Below, one piece after another: positions 37,928-48,482 of a stretch of DNA of 64,000 nucleotides (its first letter is position 1; every line of letters starts with the position of its first letter). This stretch comes from an uncultured Alphaproteobacteria bacterium (GTDB lineage: Bacteria > Pseudomonadota > Alphaproteobacteria > Rhizobiales > Hyphomicrobiaceae), in contig CAWAZY010000001.1 of NCBI GenBank assembly GCA_963786675.1, forward strand, positions 157,102-221,101, written 5' to 3'. The position numbers were made by a program, and so were the translations under genes. Under the pieces are notes generated by a model. That model saw nothing but the letters and a program-made list of their open reading frames with translations, was not told the origin of the DNA and made no database searches.

Positions 37928-40147
37928 ATGCGAGCACGTACCGTCCGGCGCATTGCTGCCCACGGATTGAAGCTTTCCTTGGCGGCGGCGCTGATGGCCG
38001 GGAGTTCGTCCGTGGCCTGCGCCGAGACCAGCGCCGATGCCCGGGCTGATGTTGAACTCAGCCAATCCCTTTCCGGCAGCTACCTGGCAGGCCGGTTTGC
38101 ACGCGCCGAGAACGATACCGGCCGCGCCGCCTCCTATTACGGCAACGCGCTGATGTTCGATCCAGCCAGCGACATGCTGCTCGAGCAGGCCGTTCTGATG
38201 GAAGCCTCGCAAGGCAACTGGGATCGCGCCGTTCGCCTCGCCGAGGGACTGGCGGAGCTCGAGCCCCAGCACCGCATGGCGCGGATGTTCCTAGGCTTGG
38301 GCGCGTTCAAGACCAACGACTGGAAGAAAGCTGAAGAGCACTTCAAGGCCGCCTCATCCGGCCCGATCGGCGAATTGACCAGTTCGCTCGCGTTGGCATG
38401 GATCAAGCTCGCAGCCGGACAGACCACCGAGGCATTGAGCGTTCTCCAAGTGCCCAAGCAGGCGGAGTGGGCGCAGTTTTATTTGCGCTATCATCGGGCG
38501 CTGGTGGCCGACGCAGCCGGACGCAAGAGCGATGCGCGGTCGACGTTCGAGCGCGTGTTCAAGCAGGACGGCCGCACGCTGCGGACCGCATTGGCTTACA
38601 CGCGCAGCCTCGCCCATGCCGGCGATCTGCGCGCCGCCCGGGCCGCTTTGAAGGATCATCTCACCAAAACCCAGGGCGATGGCCATCCTTTGGCTCGCGC
38701 GCTGCAGCAGGAACTTCAGTCGGGCAAGAAGATCGATCTGCTTGTCAAAACACCGACCGACGGTCTTGCGGAAGTTTTCTACGGGCTGGGTGAAAGCCTG
38801 ATCGGCGAAGGCGCCATCGGCGTCGGCGTCGTCTATCTGCAGATGGCCCTGTTCGTGGCGCCTGATCACCCCTTCGCTCTGGCCGCGCTGGCCAATGCCT
38901 ACGAGGCCAACAAGCAGTACCAGGACGCGATCGACGTCTACGACCGTATCCCGAAAGGTTCCCCGCTTGAGCCCGCAATCGAAATTCGCAAGGCGTTCAA
39001 TCTGAATTCCCTCGATCGGCCCGACGATGCGCGGGCTGTCCTCGAACGCCTGCTGGGCGACACACCCGATCCCGCCGGCGCGCAATCGAATGACGCGCCC
39101 GCAACGGCGGACGCCGCAGAGGCGGCCGCGCCCACGGCGACCCCAGAAACTCCGGTGGAGCCCATCATCGATCTGAAGCCGTCCGACCTCGGCGACCGCG
39201 TCCTAAAGATCGGCTCGGATGGCGAATCCGTGCGCGAACTCCAGAGCGCTCTGGCCCAGCTCGGTTACGACATCGGCGGCGCCGTCGACGGCCGCTTCGG
39301 TGACGCAACACGCAAAGCCGTCATGGCGTTCCAGCAGTCAAAAAATCTCGATCAGGATGGCCTCGTCGGACAGGAGACTCTGGCCGCCATCATCGCGGAA
39401 GCCGGTTTGGCAACTGGTGTGGCCGCAAATAGCGACAGCCCATCGGGCTCAGCCCAGCCGCAGAAGGCGGACCTCAATGACATCGAACGGTTGCAGGCCC
39501 TGGATGCGCTCGGCAATATTCTGCGTTCCCGCAAGCTCTACGCCGAAGCTGTCGAGATCTATGATCGCGCCATAGCCATGATCGGCAAGCCGCAGCGCCG
39601 GCACTGGGCCTACTTCTATGCCCGTGGCACATCCTATGAGCGATTGAAGAATTGGCCCGCCGCCGAAATCGACCTGAAGAAGGCCTTGGATCTCTATCCG
39701 GATCAGCCGCTGGTCTTGAACTACCTGGGCTACTCGTGGGTGGACCAAGGCATCAATCTCGACAAGGGCATGATGCTCATCGAGCGGGCCGTGGCCGTGA
39801 AGCCCGACGACGGTTACATCGTCGATAGCCTTGGCTGGGCGCACTACAAGCGCGGGAATTTCAAGGAAGCCGTCCGCTACCTTGAACGCGCCGTGGAATT
39901 GCGGCCCGACGATCCGGTGCTCAACGATCACTTGGGCGACGCTTTGTGGCGTGTCGGCCGCGAGCGCGAGGCGCGGTTCCAGTGGGATCAGGCGTTGACC
40001 CTCAAGCCGGAAGCCGACGATGAAATCAAGATCAAGCGAAAGCTGACCGAAGGCCTTGCCGCCGTCGAGGGCGAAACCCAGGCCGCCGCCAACGGTGCCG
40101 TCACACCTGGCGGTGTTGCAGGCAGTCCCAAGCCCACAACGCCGTGA
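37928..40147 (+). CDS. Periplasmic TPR-repeat protein with an embedded peptidoglycan-binding (PG_binding_1-like) domain
   Basis: 739 aa with a signal peptide and multiple TPR-like repeats at both ends. The central segment ESVRELQSALAQLGYDIGGAVDGRFGDATRKAVMAFQQSKNLDQDGLVGQETL is PG-binding-like. Confidence 0.75.
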   Translation: MRARTVRRIAAHGLKLSLAAALMAGSSSVACAETSADARADVELSQSLSGSYLAGRFARAENDTGRAASYYGNALMFDPASDMLLEQAVLMEASQGNWDRAVRLAEGLAELEPQHRMARMFLGLGAFKTNDWKKAEEHFKAASSGPIGELTSSLALAWIKLAAGQTTEALSVLQVPKQAEWAQFYLRYHRALVADAAGRKSDARSTFERVFKQDGRTLRTALAYTRSLAHAGDLRAARAALKDHLTKTQGDGHPLARALQQELQSGKKIDLLVKTPTDGLAEVFYGLGESLIGEGAIGVGVVYLQMALFVAPDHPFALAALANAYEANKQYQDAIDVYDRIPKGSPLEPAIEIRKAFNLNSLDRPDDARAVLERLLGDTPDPAGAQSNDAPATADAAEAAAPTATPETPVEPIIDLKPSDLGDRVLKIGSDGESVRELQSALAQLGYDIGGAVDGRFGDATRKAVMAFQQSKNLDQDGLVGQETLAAIIAEAGLATGVAANSDSPSGSAQPQKADLNDIERLQALDALGNILRSRKLYAEAVEIYDRAIAMIGKPQRRHWAYFYARGTSYERLKNWPAAEIDLKKALDLYPDQPLVLNYLGYSWVDQGINLDKGMMLIERAVAVKPDDGYIVDSLGWAHYKRGNFKEAVRYLERAVELRPDDPVLNDHLGDALWRVGREREARFQWDQALTLKPEADDEIKIKRKLTEGLAAVEGETQAAANGAVTPGGVAGSPKPTTP

Positions 40148-41094
40148 CGGAGCCGATGGACGGTTCGCCGGTTCCGGCATCCGGCGCATATCCCGGGGCC
40201 GGTCCTGACGGCCCTGCCATCACCGAAAGGGCCTGCGCGAAGGTCAATCTCACCTTGCGTGTCCACGGGCGGCGGGCCGACGGCTACCATGCGTTGACAA
40301 GCCTTGTTGCCTTCGCGGACATCGGCGATCGGATCGTGTTCGTCCCCGGAGCCGCGCGGGCGATTCACGTGACGGGGCCGTTTCATCATCATATCCAGGG
40401 CGAGAACCTGCTCGCACGGACCCTGGATTTGCTTGCCGCTTCCGCCCCCGGCCTGACGCTCGGATCTGTCATACTTGAGAAGCAGCTTCCCGTGGCGGCG
40501 GGCGTTGGCGGCGGATCCGCGGATGCCGCAGCTCTGTTGCGGGCAATCCGCCAAGCCAACCCGGGGTGCGCTGCCAGCATCGATTGGCATGGGTTCGCGG
40601 CGCGTCTCGGCGCCGATGTTCCTGTGTGTTTGGAGAACCGGGCGAGCTGGATGACCGGCATCGGCGAAAACACTATCCCCCTGCCGCATCCCCTGCCCGA
40701 ACTTGCCGCCATTCTGGTCAACCCCAATGCTCCGGTGCCCGCCGACAAGACCGCGCAAGTTTTCCGTCAGCTGGGCGCGTCGGCCCTCAGACCGGATGGC
40801 CGCGGTGGCACGGGGCATGCGCACCAGCCCGCGATCGCGACTCGCGCGGATCTCATGGCCGTGATGGCCACGACCGGCAACGATCTGGAAACGGCGGCGA
40901 CGGCAGTCGTGCCGGCCATTGCGGATGTCTTGCAGGCGCTGCGCGCCGTGCCGGGCCTCATGCATGCCCGCTTGTCGGGTGCGGGGCCGACCTGTGTCGC
41001 CATCGCCGGAAGTCCGGACCTTGCGCGCGATGCGGTGCGAACCATCGCAACGGCTCATCCGGCATGGTGGGTGCGCGCCTGCCGTCTGCACTGA
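40144..41094 (+). CDS. ispE: 4-diphosphocytidyl-2-C-methyl-D-erythritol kinase
   Basis: AKVNLTLRVHGRRADGYH and the GHMP motif PVAAGVGGGSADAAA. The GTG start overlaps the stop of the TPR gene. Confidence 0.88.
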   Translation: MTEPMDGSPVPASGAYPGAGPDGPAITERACAKVNLTLRVHGRRADGYHALTSLVAFADIGDRIVFVPGAARAIHVTGPFHHHIQGENLLARTLDLLAASAPGLTLGSVILEKQLPVAAGVGGGSADAAALLRAIRQANPGCAASIDWHGFAARLGADVPVCLENRASWMTGIGENTIPLPHPLPELAAILVNPNAPVPADKTAQVFRQLGASALRPDGRGGTGHAHQPAIATRADLMAVMATTGNDLETAATAVVPAIADVLQALRAVPGLMHARLSGAGPTCVAIAGSPDLARDAVRTIATAHPAWWVRACRLH

Positions 41095-41146
41095 GATCGC
41101 GGCGCAAGCGCCGCGCGCATGGAACGCGGGGTATATCGGTCCGGTA

Positions 41147-42169
41147 TTAGTGCCCGCGATTGATGGAAAACGCGATGACCTCTTCGAGCGCCGCCTTATG
41201 CGGACTGTCGGGGAAGATGGCCATGGCATCACGCGCGACGGCGCCATACGAGCGCGCCCGCTCCAGCGTCGCCTCCAGCGCCTTGTGCTTTTTCATCAGC
41301 GCAATGGCCTGATCCAGATCGTGATCGGTAATGTCCCCATCGACGATGGTCCGGTTCCAGAACGCCCGCTCGCTTTCCGTTCCGCGGCGGAACGACAGAA
41401 TAAGCGGCAGAGTAATCTTGCCCTCGCGGAAATCGTCGCCCACGGACTTGCCGAGTTTGCGGCTGTCGCCGGAATAGTCGAGCGCATCGTCGACGAGCTG
41501 GAAGGCCAGCCCGAGGTTCCGGCCGTAGGAACGCAGCGCGGCCTGTTCTTCGGCCGGGCGATTGGCGAGTGCCGCGCCGACTTCCGCCGCGGCCAAGAAC
41601 AGCGCGGCCGTCTTGGCATTGATGATCGCCAGATATTCGTCCTCGGTGGTGGACGTATTCTTTGCGGCCGCCAGCTGCATGACCTCGCCTTCAGCGATGA
41701 CGGCGGCGGCATTGGAGAGAATTTTGAGGACGGGCAGAGACCCCACGTCCACCAGCATGCGGAAGGCCTGCCCCAAGAGGAAATCCCCGACCAGAACGCT
41801 GGCCTGATTGCCCCAGATGAGCCGCGCGGTCTTGCGGCCACGCCGCGCGTCGCTTTCGTCGACGACATCGTCATGCAGCAGCGTCGCGGTGTGCATGAAT
41901 TCGATGGCCGAGGCGGTACGGACGTGTCCGGTGCCGGGGTAGCCGCACAGCTTGGCGGACGCCAGCGCCAGCATCGGACGCAGCCGCTTGCCGCCCGACG
42001 CAATGAGGTGATGCGCAAGCTCCGGGATCAGGTCGACGTCGGACACCGCCTTGTCGAGAATGATACGGTTGATCGCTTCCATGTCCTCGGCCACGAGCTG
42101 CGACAGCGGCTCCAGGCTTTCGGACGCGGATCGCGCCTCGTCGAAGGGGACTACGACACCCACGGGCAT
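41147..42169 (-). CDS. ispB: Long-chain polyprenyl diphosphate synthase (IspB/DdsA-like)
   Basis: Track ORF 41147-42628 trimmed to ATG 42169 (MPVGVVVPFDE...). First DDxxD is LLHDDVVDE; second is FQLVDDALD. Confidence 0.88.
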   Translation of the reverse strand: MPVGVVVPFDEARSASESLEPLSQLVAEDMEAINRIILDKAVSDVDLIPELAHHLIASGGKRLRPMLALASAKLCGYPGTGHVRTASAIEFMHTATLLHDDVVDESDARRGRKTARLIWGNQASVLVGDFLLGQAFRMLVDVGSLPVLKILSNAAAVIAEGEVMQLAAAKNTSTTEDEYLAIINAKTAALFLAAAEVGAALANRPAEEQAALRSYGRNLGLAFQLVDDALDYSGDSRKLGKSVGDDFREGKITLPLILSFRRGTESERAFWNRTIVDGDITDHDLDQAIALMKKHKALEATLERARSYGAVARDAMAIFPDSPHKAALEEVIAFSINRGH

Positions 42170-42281
42170 TCCCTCAAAACTTGCTCCAAACGATGCTATA
42201 CCGGTTTCGAACTGTCGTCTTCGTCCGACACTTTGCCGCACAGTCCGGCCGAGGTCGAGGGGGGTGGAATTGCAGGAACTG

Positions 42282-42503
42282 ATGCGCGTCACCGATCCGG
42301 TTTTGATCAGTTTTGTCGAATCGCTGCTGCGCGACGCACACATTGAACCCTTGATACTGGACCGCAATATGAGTGTCCTGGAGGGGTCTCTGGGCGTGTT
42401 GCCTTGCCGGGTGCTCGTGACCGAGGACGATTGGCCCACGGCGGCGCGGCTCATCCGCGAGGCGGATCTTGGGCACTGGATCATCGAAGAGAAGCCCCGA
42501 TGA
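42282..42503 (+). CDS. DUF2007-like small protein
   Basis: 73 aa: MRVTDPVLISFVESLLRDAHIEPLILDRNMSVLEG.... It is the only plausible part of track ORF 42051-42503. An ATGA overlap joins it to the next gene. Confidence 0.6.
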   Translation: MRVTDPVLISFVESLLRDAHIEPLILDRNMSVLEGSLGVLPCRVLVTEDDWPTAARLIREADLGHWIIEEKPR

Positions 42504-43363
42504 ACCGTGAGGCGCATCCCCCGCAACCTTCCGGCAGCGACGTGCCTGGCCGGGACCCGGATGTCGCGACGGAGATCACCGACGACATCTTTCTTGGTGG
42601 CCGTCTCGCTATTCTCCAGCCGCGCCACGGCTATCGCGCCGGCGTGGATGCTGTCCTGTTGGCCGCTGCTGTCAATGTGGGTCCGCAGACCGCCGCCGCC
42701 ATCGTGGATTGCGGCGCCGGGGTTGGAACCGTCGGCCTTTGTGTGGCGACCCGCTATCCCGCCGCGCGGATCACGCTCGTCGAGCGCGCGCCAGAACTCT
42801 GCCGGCTGGCCAGCGAGAACGTCAACCGGAACGGCCTACAATCCCGCGTCAGCATCTGCCAGGGCGACATCACACACCCCGCCCAGCATCCCGGCGCCCC
42901 GGCGTTGCCAGCCGAGAGCTTCGATGTCGTGCTGGCCAACCCGCCCTATCACGATGCCGCCGGAGGAACACTGGCGCGCGATACGCTGAAATCGGCATCA
43001 CACGCCATGGACGAGGGCGAACTTTTGGCGTGGGCCCGGTTCGCGGCGCGTCTGGCAAAGCCCGGCGGACGCGTCATCCTGATCCACAAAGCTGGCGCAC
43101 TCTCCTCCGTGCTGGCGGCTTTGGAAGGACGATTTCGCGGGTTCAAGCTGCGGCCCATCCATCCCACGGCAAACGCTCCCGCCATTCGCATTCTGATTGA
43201 AGGCATTAAAAGCAGCCGCGCGCCGCTCACAATTCTGCCGCCACTCGTGTTGCATGAAGAGGATCGCACCTTCACACCTCATGTCAGCCGGATGTTGCGG
43301 GAAGGCGCGGGCCTGGACGACGTCATGCCCCTCGAAGGGGCGATTAAACCCTCGCAGCCATGA
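42500..43363 (+). CDS. SAM-dependent N6-adenine methyltransferase (TrmN6/YfiC-like)
   Basis: Track ORF trimmed to ATG 42500. SAM motif IVDCGAGVGTVGL and catalytic motif VLANPPYH are present. Confidence 0.75.
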   Translation: MNREAHPPQPSGSDVPGRDPDVATEITDDIFLGGRLAILQPRHGYRAGVDAVLLAAAVNVGPQTAAAIVDCGAGVGTVGLCVATRYPAARITLVERAPELCRLASENVNRNGLQSRVSICQGDITHPAQHPGAPALPAESFDVVLANPPYHDAAGGTLARDTLKSASHAMDEGELLAWARFAARLAKPGGRVILIHKAGALSSVLAALEGRFRGFKLRPIHPTANAPAIRILIEGIKSSRAPLTILPPLVLHEEDRTFTPHVSRMLREGAGLDDVMPLEGAIKPSQP

Positions 43364-43393
43364 AGACGTTTCCAAACCAGAGGATCTCAGTGC

Positions 43394-44248
43394 ATGTGGC
43401 CTTTCTCGCGCAAACCTGTCGTACCCGTCGTCCGCCTGACAGGTACCATCGGAATGGTCACACCATTGCGGCCAGGACTGTCGATCGCATCGCTGGCCGA
43501 CCCGCTGCAAAAGGCCTTCGAAATGTCGAAGTGCCCGTCGGTCTGCATTGTCGTGAATTCGCCCGGCGGCTCCCCGGTGCAATCGAGCCTGATCTTGAAG
43601 CGCATCCGCGCCCTGGCCGAAGAGCATGAAAAGAAAGTCCACGTCTTCTGCGAGGACGTCGCGGCATCCGGCGGCTACTACATCGCGCTGGCCGGAGACG
43701 AAATTCTGGCCGAGCCATCTTCGATCGTCGGCTCGATTGGCGTCATCACCTCGGGGTTCGGCTTCGACAAAGCCATCGACAAGCTCGGCATCGACCGGCG
43801 TGTCTATACCGCCGGCCACTCCAAGGCGATCCTCGACCCGTTCTTGCCAGAAAAAGCAGAGGACGTGGAACGGCTGGCGGACCTCCAGCGCGACGCGCAC
43901 GATGTCTTCATCGGTGTGGTCAAGGAACGCCGGGCGGGTAAGCTGAAGGGGCTGGATGCGGAACTGTTCTCCGGCGCCTTCTGGAGCGGCACACGCGCGC
44001 TGGACCTTGGCCTTATCGACGGCATCTCCGATGTCCGCTCGCGCATGCGCGAGCTTTATGGCGACAAGGTCCGGCTGAAGGCCGTGCCCCTGGATCGTGG
44101 CGGTCTCCTCTCGCGGCTCAAACGAGGCCCGGCGTTCTCTGTCTCCCTGGCCGCAGCGGCCGCCGTCAGCGATCCTCGCATCGCGCTGGCGGATGATGTC
44201 ATTTCGGCGATGGAGACGCGCGCACTTTGGGCCCGTTTTGGCCTATAA
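43394..44248 (+). CDS. S49-family serine peptidase (SppA 36K-type)
   Basis: 284 aa: VNSPGGSPVQS..., ASGGYYIALAGDEILAEPSSIVGSIGV. Confidence 0.82.
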   Translation: MWPFSRKPVVPVVRLTGTIGMVTPLRPGLSIASLADPLQKAFEMSKCPSVCIVVNSPGGSPVQSSLILKRIRALAEEHEKKVHVFCEDVAASGGYYIALAGDEILAEPSSIVGSIGVITSGFGFDKAIDKLGIDRRVYTAGHSKAILDPFLPEKAEDVERLADLQRDAHDVFIGVVKERRAGKLKGLDAELFSGAFWSGTRALDLGLIDGISDVRSRMRELYGDKVRLKAVPLDRGGLLSRLKRGPAFSVSLAAAAAVSDPRIALADDVISAMETRALWARFGL

Positions 44249-44288
44249 TGATTTGTCATGATGATGCGACTGGCAGGGAGACTGTCTC

Positions 44289-44510
44289 ATGCCCCCGGTA
44301 CTACTCGCTCTGGCCGCCGCAGCTGGCCTCTTCGCGACGGCCAAGGTCGTGGCGAAAATCTTGAACGCCCCGCCGGAGAAGCCCATGGACGCCGGCACCG
44401 GGATGGGAGCACCGGACGCGGGTGCGTCACGCGTTGCGCGTGACCTCGGACGGCTTGAGTGGGACGAAGCCGCAGGCGTCTATCGCCCGCGTCCCCCGCA
44501 ATCGTCCTGA
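44289..44510 (+). CDS. Small membrane-anchored protein (73 aa), unknown function
   Basis: GGGAGA lies 7 nt upstream of the ATG. N-terminal TM is MPPVLLALAAAAGLFATAKVV, and third codon positions are G/C-biased. Confidence 0.5.
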   Translation: MPPVLLALAAAAGLFATAKVVAKILNAPPEKPMDAGTGMGAPDAGASRVARDLGRLEWDEAAGVYRPRPPQSS

Positions 44511-44540
44511 TTGCTCGTCGCACCCGCGCCACCAACCGCG

Positions 44541-44750
44541 CTATTTGTCTTTCACTTCGAAGGACACCTTGCAGTTGACGCGATACGTCGAGAGCCGGCC
44601 CTTGCCGTCGACGGTCGCGGAGAAATCCTGAATCCAGACCGAGCGGATCCCCTTCAAGCTCTTGCCGGCCTTATCGACGGCCTTCTGCGCGGCATCTTCC
44701 CAGCTCTTGGAAGATTCCGACATCAACTCGATGACTTTCAAAACGGACAT
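44541..44750 (-). CDS. Dodecin (flavin-binding/storage protein)
   Basis: 69 aa from ATG 44750: MSVLKVIELMSESSKSWEDAAQKAVDKAGKSLKGIRSVWIQDFSATVDGKGRLSTYRVNCKVSFEV. It matches the bacterial dodecin pattern. Confidence 0.75.
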   Translation of the reverse strand: MSVLKVIELMSESSKSWEDAAQKAVDKAGKSLKGIRSVWIQDFSATVDGKGRLSTYRVNCKVSFEVKDK

Positions 44751-44864
44751 GCGTGCACTCCTCAACTGGCGCACCGCGAACCACGGCACGCAACGCACCA
44801 TCGTCCACCTTGCAAGCGCCGCTTGCAACCCACTGAATTGTGACAGGTAAAGACGCGCGGTGCT

Positions 44865-45269
44865 CTACGTCAGCGCCATCAGCGCAAGCCCTAGAAATAC
44901 CAGCACATTGAGCAGGGACGAGACGTTGATGTCGCCCGCTTCCTTGACCCGGACGATGCGCACCACATCCCGCACCTCGACCCGAGCCCGCGCTGGCGCC
45001 CCGGTCTCCCGCTGGCGCATCCAGCCCCAAATGAAGCGGCCAGCGGTGGACATCCGGGCGGCGATTTCAGCCGGTGCCCGCTGCCAGCCGTACTTGTAGA
45101 AAAAGATGATGCCGACTACGACGCCGATCTGCGCCAAGGTGGACACCCAGCCACCCAGCAGAAACCAGAGGATTGACCAAGCCACCGAAACCAGGCTCGC
45201 CAGCGCCCACCAGATCCAAGCCAAAATGTCCACGTCCGTCACTCCGCTGTACTGACCGGGCTGGCCCAT
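44865..45269 (-). CDS. Membrane protein, unknown function
   Basis: 134 aa with three hydrophobic segments including a Trp-rich N-terminus ([27 protein letters not shown]). Confidence 0.5.
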   Translation of the reverse strand: MGQPGQYSGVTDVDILAWIWWALASLVSVAWSILWFLLGGWVSTLAQIGVVVGIIFFYKYGWQRAPAEIAARMSTAGRFIWGWMRQRETGAPARARVEVRDVVRIVRVKEAGDINVSSLLNVLVFLGLALMALT

Positions 45270-45361
45270 CGTCCGAGTTATGGGATGACGGCTTGGCCGA
45301 AATACGTATAGTGCCGCCCTGCCGCCCGCAATCGACCGAATTTGAAGGTCTTTCTCCGACG

Positions 45362-46288
45362 ATGCCGAGCCAATCCGCGACCCAGCCGAAACCTCGCGAG
45401 GCCTTCCAGGACCTCATTCTGACCCTGCAGCAGTTCTGGGGCGCGCAAGGCTGCGTCGTGCTGCAGCCCTACGATATGGAAGTCGGGGCCGGCACATTCC
45501 ACCCCGCGACGACCCTGCGCGCGCTCGGGCCCCGGCCCTGGAGCGCGTGTTACGTGCAGCCGTCCCGCCGGCCCAAGGATGGCCGCTATGGCGAAAACCC
45601 CAACCGCCTGCAGCACTACTACCAGTTCCAGGTGATCATGAAGCCGTCGCCCGAGAACATCCTGGATCTGTACCTGCAGAGCCTCGACGCCATCGGGATC
45701 GACACCGCCAAGAACGACATCCGGTTTGTCGAGGACGACTGGGAAAGTCCGACACTGGGCGCCTGGGGGCTCGGCTGGGAAGTCTGGTGCAACGGGATGG
45801 AAGTGACCCAATTCACCTACTTCCAGCAGGTCGGCGGCTATGACTGTTCACCCGTGGCTGGCGAAATCACCTACGGGCTTGAGCGTCTGGCGATGTACGT
45901 TCAGGGCGTCGACCGCGTCTTCGATCTGAATTTCAACGGCCGCACCGACGAACGTCGCATCAACTACGGCGACGTCTTCCTGCAGGCCGAACGCGAATAC
46001 TCGCGCTACAATTTCGAGCACGCCGATACGGCGATGCTGTTGCAGCACTTCAAGGACGCTGAGAAAGAGTGCCAATCCCTGCTGGAGCGTGGCCAAGCGG
46101 CCGGCGAGCACCTGTTGGCCCTGCCCGCCTACGACCAGTGCATCAAGGCCAGCCACGTCTTCAATCTGCTCGATGCGCGCGGCGTCATCTCGGTGACCGA
46201 GCGGCAGAGCTACATTCTGCGGGTGCGCGACCTTGCGAAGGCCTGCTGCGGGGCGTGGCTGGCGACCGACGGCGGCCGCGCGGCGTGA
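45362..46288 (+). CDS. glyQ: Glycyl-tRNA synthetase alpha subunit
   Basis: Track ORF trimmed to ATG 45362: ...[36 protein letters not shown]..., [28 protein letters not shown]. Confidence 0.95.
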   Translation: MPSQSATQPKPREAFQDLILTLQQFWGAQGCVVLQPYDMEVGAGTFHPATTLRALGPRPWSACYVQPSRRPKDGRYGENPNRLQHYYQFQVIMKPSPENILDLYLQSLDAIGIDTAKNDIRFVEDDWESPTLGAWGLGWEVWCNGMEVTQFTYFQQVGGYDCSPVAGEITYGLERLAMYVQGVDRVFDLNFNGRTDERRINYGDVFLQAEREYSRYNFEHADTAMLLQHFKDAEKECQSLLERGQAAGEHLLALPAYDQCIKASHVFNLLDARGVISVTERQSYILRVRDLAKACCGAWLATDGGRAA

Positions 46289-46909
46289 TCAGCCGGGCGT
46301 GAGGCGCTTCAATCCGGCGAGATATGTGCTCACCATTTCATCGACGAGCGGACCAGCGCCTTCGCTGGTGATGATGGACAGCTTATCGGCTGTGGCCAGC
46401 GACGTGATGCCATGAACGCCCGCCCACAGAACACTGGCGGTCCGCTTGGCATCATCAGGGGTGGCATCCGGCATCAATGGCGCCACGGCATCGGCAACGC
46501 GTGTCATCAAGCCATCGAGCTTTTGCTGATACCAGACCGGAATGTCGCGCCCCGCTGGCAGATGATGCTCGAACAGCAGGTTCCAGAGCTTGGGATGGGC
46601 CGCAGTGAAGCGCAGGTACGTCCGCGCCAAGGCCAGCACACGCTCTTCGGGCGACGCGCCATTGAGCGTCGCCGCCGAGACCTTGTCGAGCTCTTCCGCT
46701 AACCGGTCGAGCAGCCGCCCTTCGATGGTCAACACCAGATCATCTAGATTGGCGAACACGTTGTAGAGCGTGCCCGGTGAGTAATCGATGCGCCGCGCCA
46801 CCTCGCGCGCCGACAGGCTCGAGAGACCACCTTCGCTGATTAACGATGTGGACGCCTGCAGTATCAGTTCCCGCAGTTCATCTGCGGTATGAGAGGATCG
46901 CCGTCCCAT
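46289..46909 (-). CDS. TetR-family transcriptional regulator
   Basis: 206 aa with N-terminal HTH LSAREVARRIDYSPGTLYNVF. Its stop codon abuts the glyQ stop codon with zero spacer. Confidence 0.85.
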   Translation of the reverse strand: MGRRSSHTADELRELILQASTSLISEGGLSSLSAREVARRIDYSPGTLYNVFANLDDLVLTIEGRLLDRLAEELDKVSAATLNGASPEERVLALARTYLRFTAAHPKLWNLLFEHHLPAGRDIPVWYQQKLDGLMTRVADAVAPLMPDATPDDAKRTASVLWAGVHGITSLATADKLSIITSEGAGPLVDEMVSTYLAGLKRLTPG

Positions 46910-47112
46910 GTGAATATTACGCCTGAATTTAGAGAACCAATATACTGGTTATCGCCTGTCCATGCGAGAATTCCGTACCGGGATGATGGGGCTGAAATGG
47001 AGCGGCGCCGGTGCGGGATTGAAAAACACTGTAAACGAAAGCGTCTCACCATCCGACCGACTTATGGCCGGCAGATGGCGAGACGCGAAAGTTTACAGGG
47101 TTCAGATCAGCT

Positions 47113-47751
47113 CTAGAAGCAGTTCGAAACGCAATTGTTGTCGTCAAAATCAACGCATTGATTGCGGGGCGCCATGATTGCCTTGTCCTTCCAGACTTTG
47201 GGCGGAATCATGCCGTCGGCGAACAGGGGCGTGTATCCGAATTCAGATTCCACCACGATGACACTGGAATTTGGGCCCAAAAGGTCGGCGGAAAGATCGG
47301 TGTAGTCCTCGCAGGCGGGACGCACCGTCGCTCCCGTGCCGAAGCTCGGGCGGTTGGCGACCCCGGCGTAGATTTTCCGGATCGAAGCATCGACGGGATC
47401 GGACTGCACGGGAATGATCTGCAGTTTCAAGGTGTCGGTGCCCCACACGCCCATAACGTGCTCGACGATGGCGTAGACGCCCGTGCGCTTGCCATTGTTG
47501 ACGCCATCGAGATCCTCAGCAGAAATATTTTCCTCTCGTGCAACAAGGTCGGCCACCATCGACGTCACCTGACCGAAGCGGCGATCGATCGACACCGCAC
47601 GCGTCACTTCGATAACGCCGACAAGCATCACCAAAAGCACCGGCGCGATGATGCCGAATTCCACAGCCGCCACGCCGCGGATGTCTTCGATCAGGGAGCG
47701 GCAGGCACTGCGGAGTGCCAGACGCCGGTTATACGGGAGGGATCGGATCAT
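47113..47751 (-). CDS. TadE/TadG-family pseudopilin-like protein
   Basis: Track ORF trimmed to ATG 47751. TadE N-terminal motif: RGVAAVEFGIIAPVLLVMLVGVIEVTRA. Confidence 0.75.
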   Translation of the reverse strand: MIRSLPYNRRLALRSACRSLIEDIRGVAAVEFGIIAPVLLVMLVGVIEVTRAVSIDRRFGQVTSMVADLVAREENISAEDLDGVNNGKRTGVYAIVEHVMGVWGTDTLKLQIIPVQSDPVDASIRKIYAGVANRPSFGTGATVRPACEDYTDLSADLLGPNSSVIVVESEFGYTPLFADGMIPPKVWKDKAIMAPRNQCVDFDDNNCVSNCF

Positions 47752-47831
47752 GGTGGCCTCGATCAACTGATACGCGAAGATGAATTGCAAAGGTAAGCGT
47801 CGGCGACGTCCAGCGGACGAACGCCTGCGGT

Positions 47832-48482
47832 TCACTCGTAAGGCTCGGTGCGGAACGTCGCGACGGATTGGATGAGAGAGCCGCCGCTCGCCAGCGGAAT
47901 GCCGTCTGTCGGACGCATCAGCATGTACTGGAGGTACGGGAACTTGATCGGCAGCCGCCAGTCGTAGCAGACCGTCACCAGAACCACGGCACCCGCGCCA
48001 CCAGCGGACGCCGCCAACGGGTCGGTACCCAGCCCAAATTCAGCGCTCAGCTGACCAGCCGCGGCGCAAATGCGCGGATCGATGCCGGCCCAGTTGCCAC
48101 TGCTCTGCACGTGAACGCGCAGCTGTTCCGAGTTACAGTCCTTCTCGATATACGATCCGCCGGCTTCGCACACGAGCTGCTTGAAGTCGTCGACCGTCTT
48201 GCCATCACGCTGCGCTTCGCCCGTGCGGATCTTACGCGCCGCGACTTCAACAGCATGGTCCAACGCGTTGATGGTGAAGAACTGCAGGCCCACGGCCATG
48301 ATGCCAAGCACGAAAAGGAAGAACGGCAGTGCGAGAATGCCGAACTCGACGGCTGTGACGCCGCTTTCGTCGTTCTTCAGGCCAGCAAGCCGGCTGCGGC
48401 GCCACCGCGACGGAACAGCATTTCCAAGACGGCACAGAAACCCGCCGCTGCGGCGCTGTGTTTCCGTTTCCCCAACGACCAT
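47832..48482 (-). CDS. TadE/TadG-family pseudopilin-like protein
   Basis: TadE N-terminal motif ESGVTAVEFGILALPFFLFVLGIMAVGLQFF. The start is ATG 48482 (or 48497). Confidence 0.75.
   Translation of the reverse strand: MVVGETETQRRSGGFLCRLGNAVPSRWRRSRLAGLKNDESGVTAVEFGILALPFFLFVLGIMAVGLQFFTINALDHAVEVAARKIRTGEAQRDGKTVDDFKQLVCEAGGSYIEKDCNSEQLRVHVQSSGNWAGIDPRICAAAGQLSAEFGLGTDPLAASAGGAGAVVLVTVCYDWRLPIKFPYLQYMLMRPTDGIPLASGGSLIQSVATFRTEPYE

Noticed and set aside
39988-42346. 419-aa minus-strand and 475-aa plus-strand ORFs spanning ispE/ispB
   Set aside because: They are antisense or out of frame to two confidently identified genes. They are Arg-rich shadow ORFs.
42170-42628. N-terminal 150 aa of track ORF 41147-42628
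   Set aside because: The IspB homology begins at MPVGVV (42169). The extension overlaps the DUF2007 and methyltransferase genes on the other strand.
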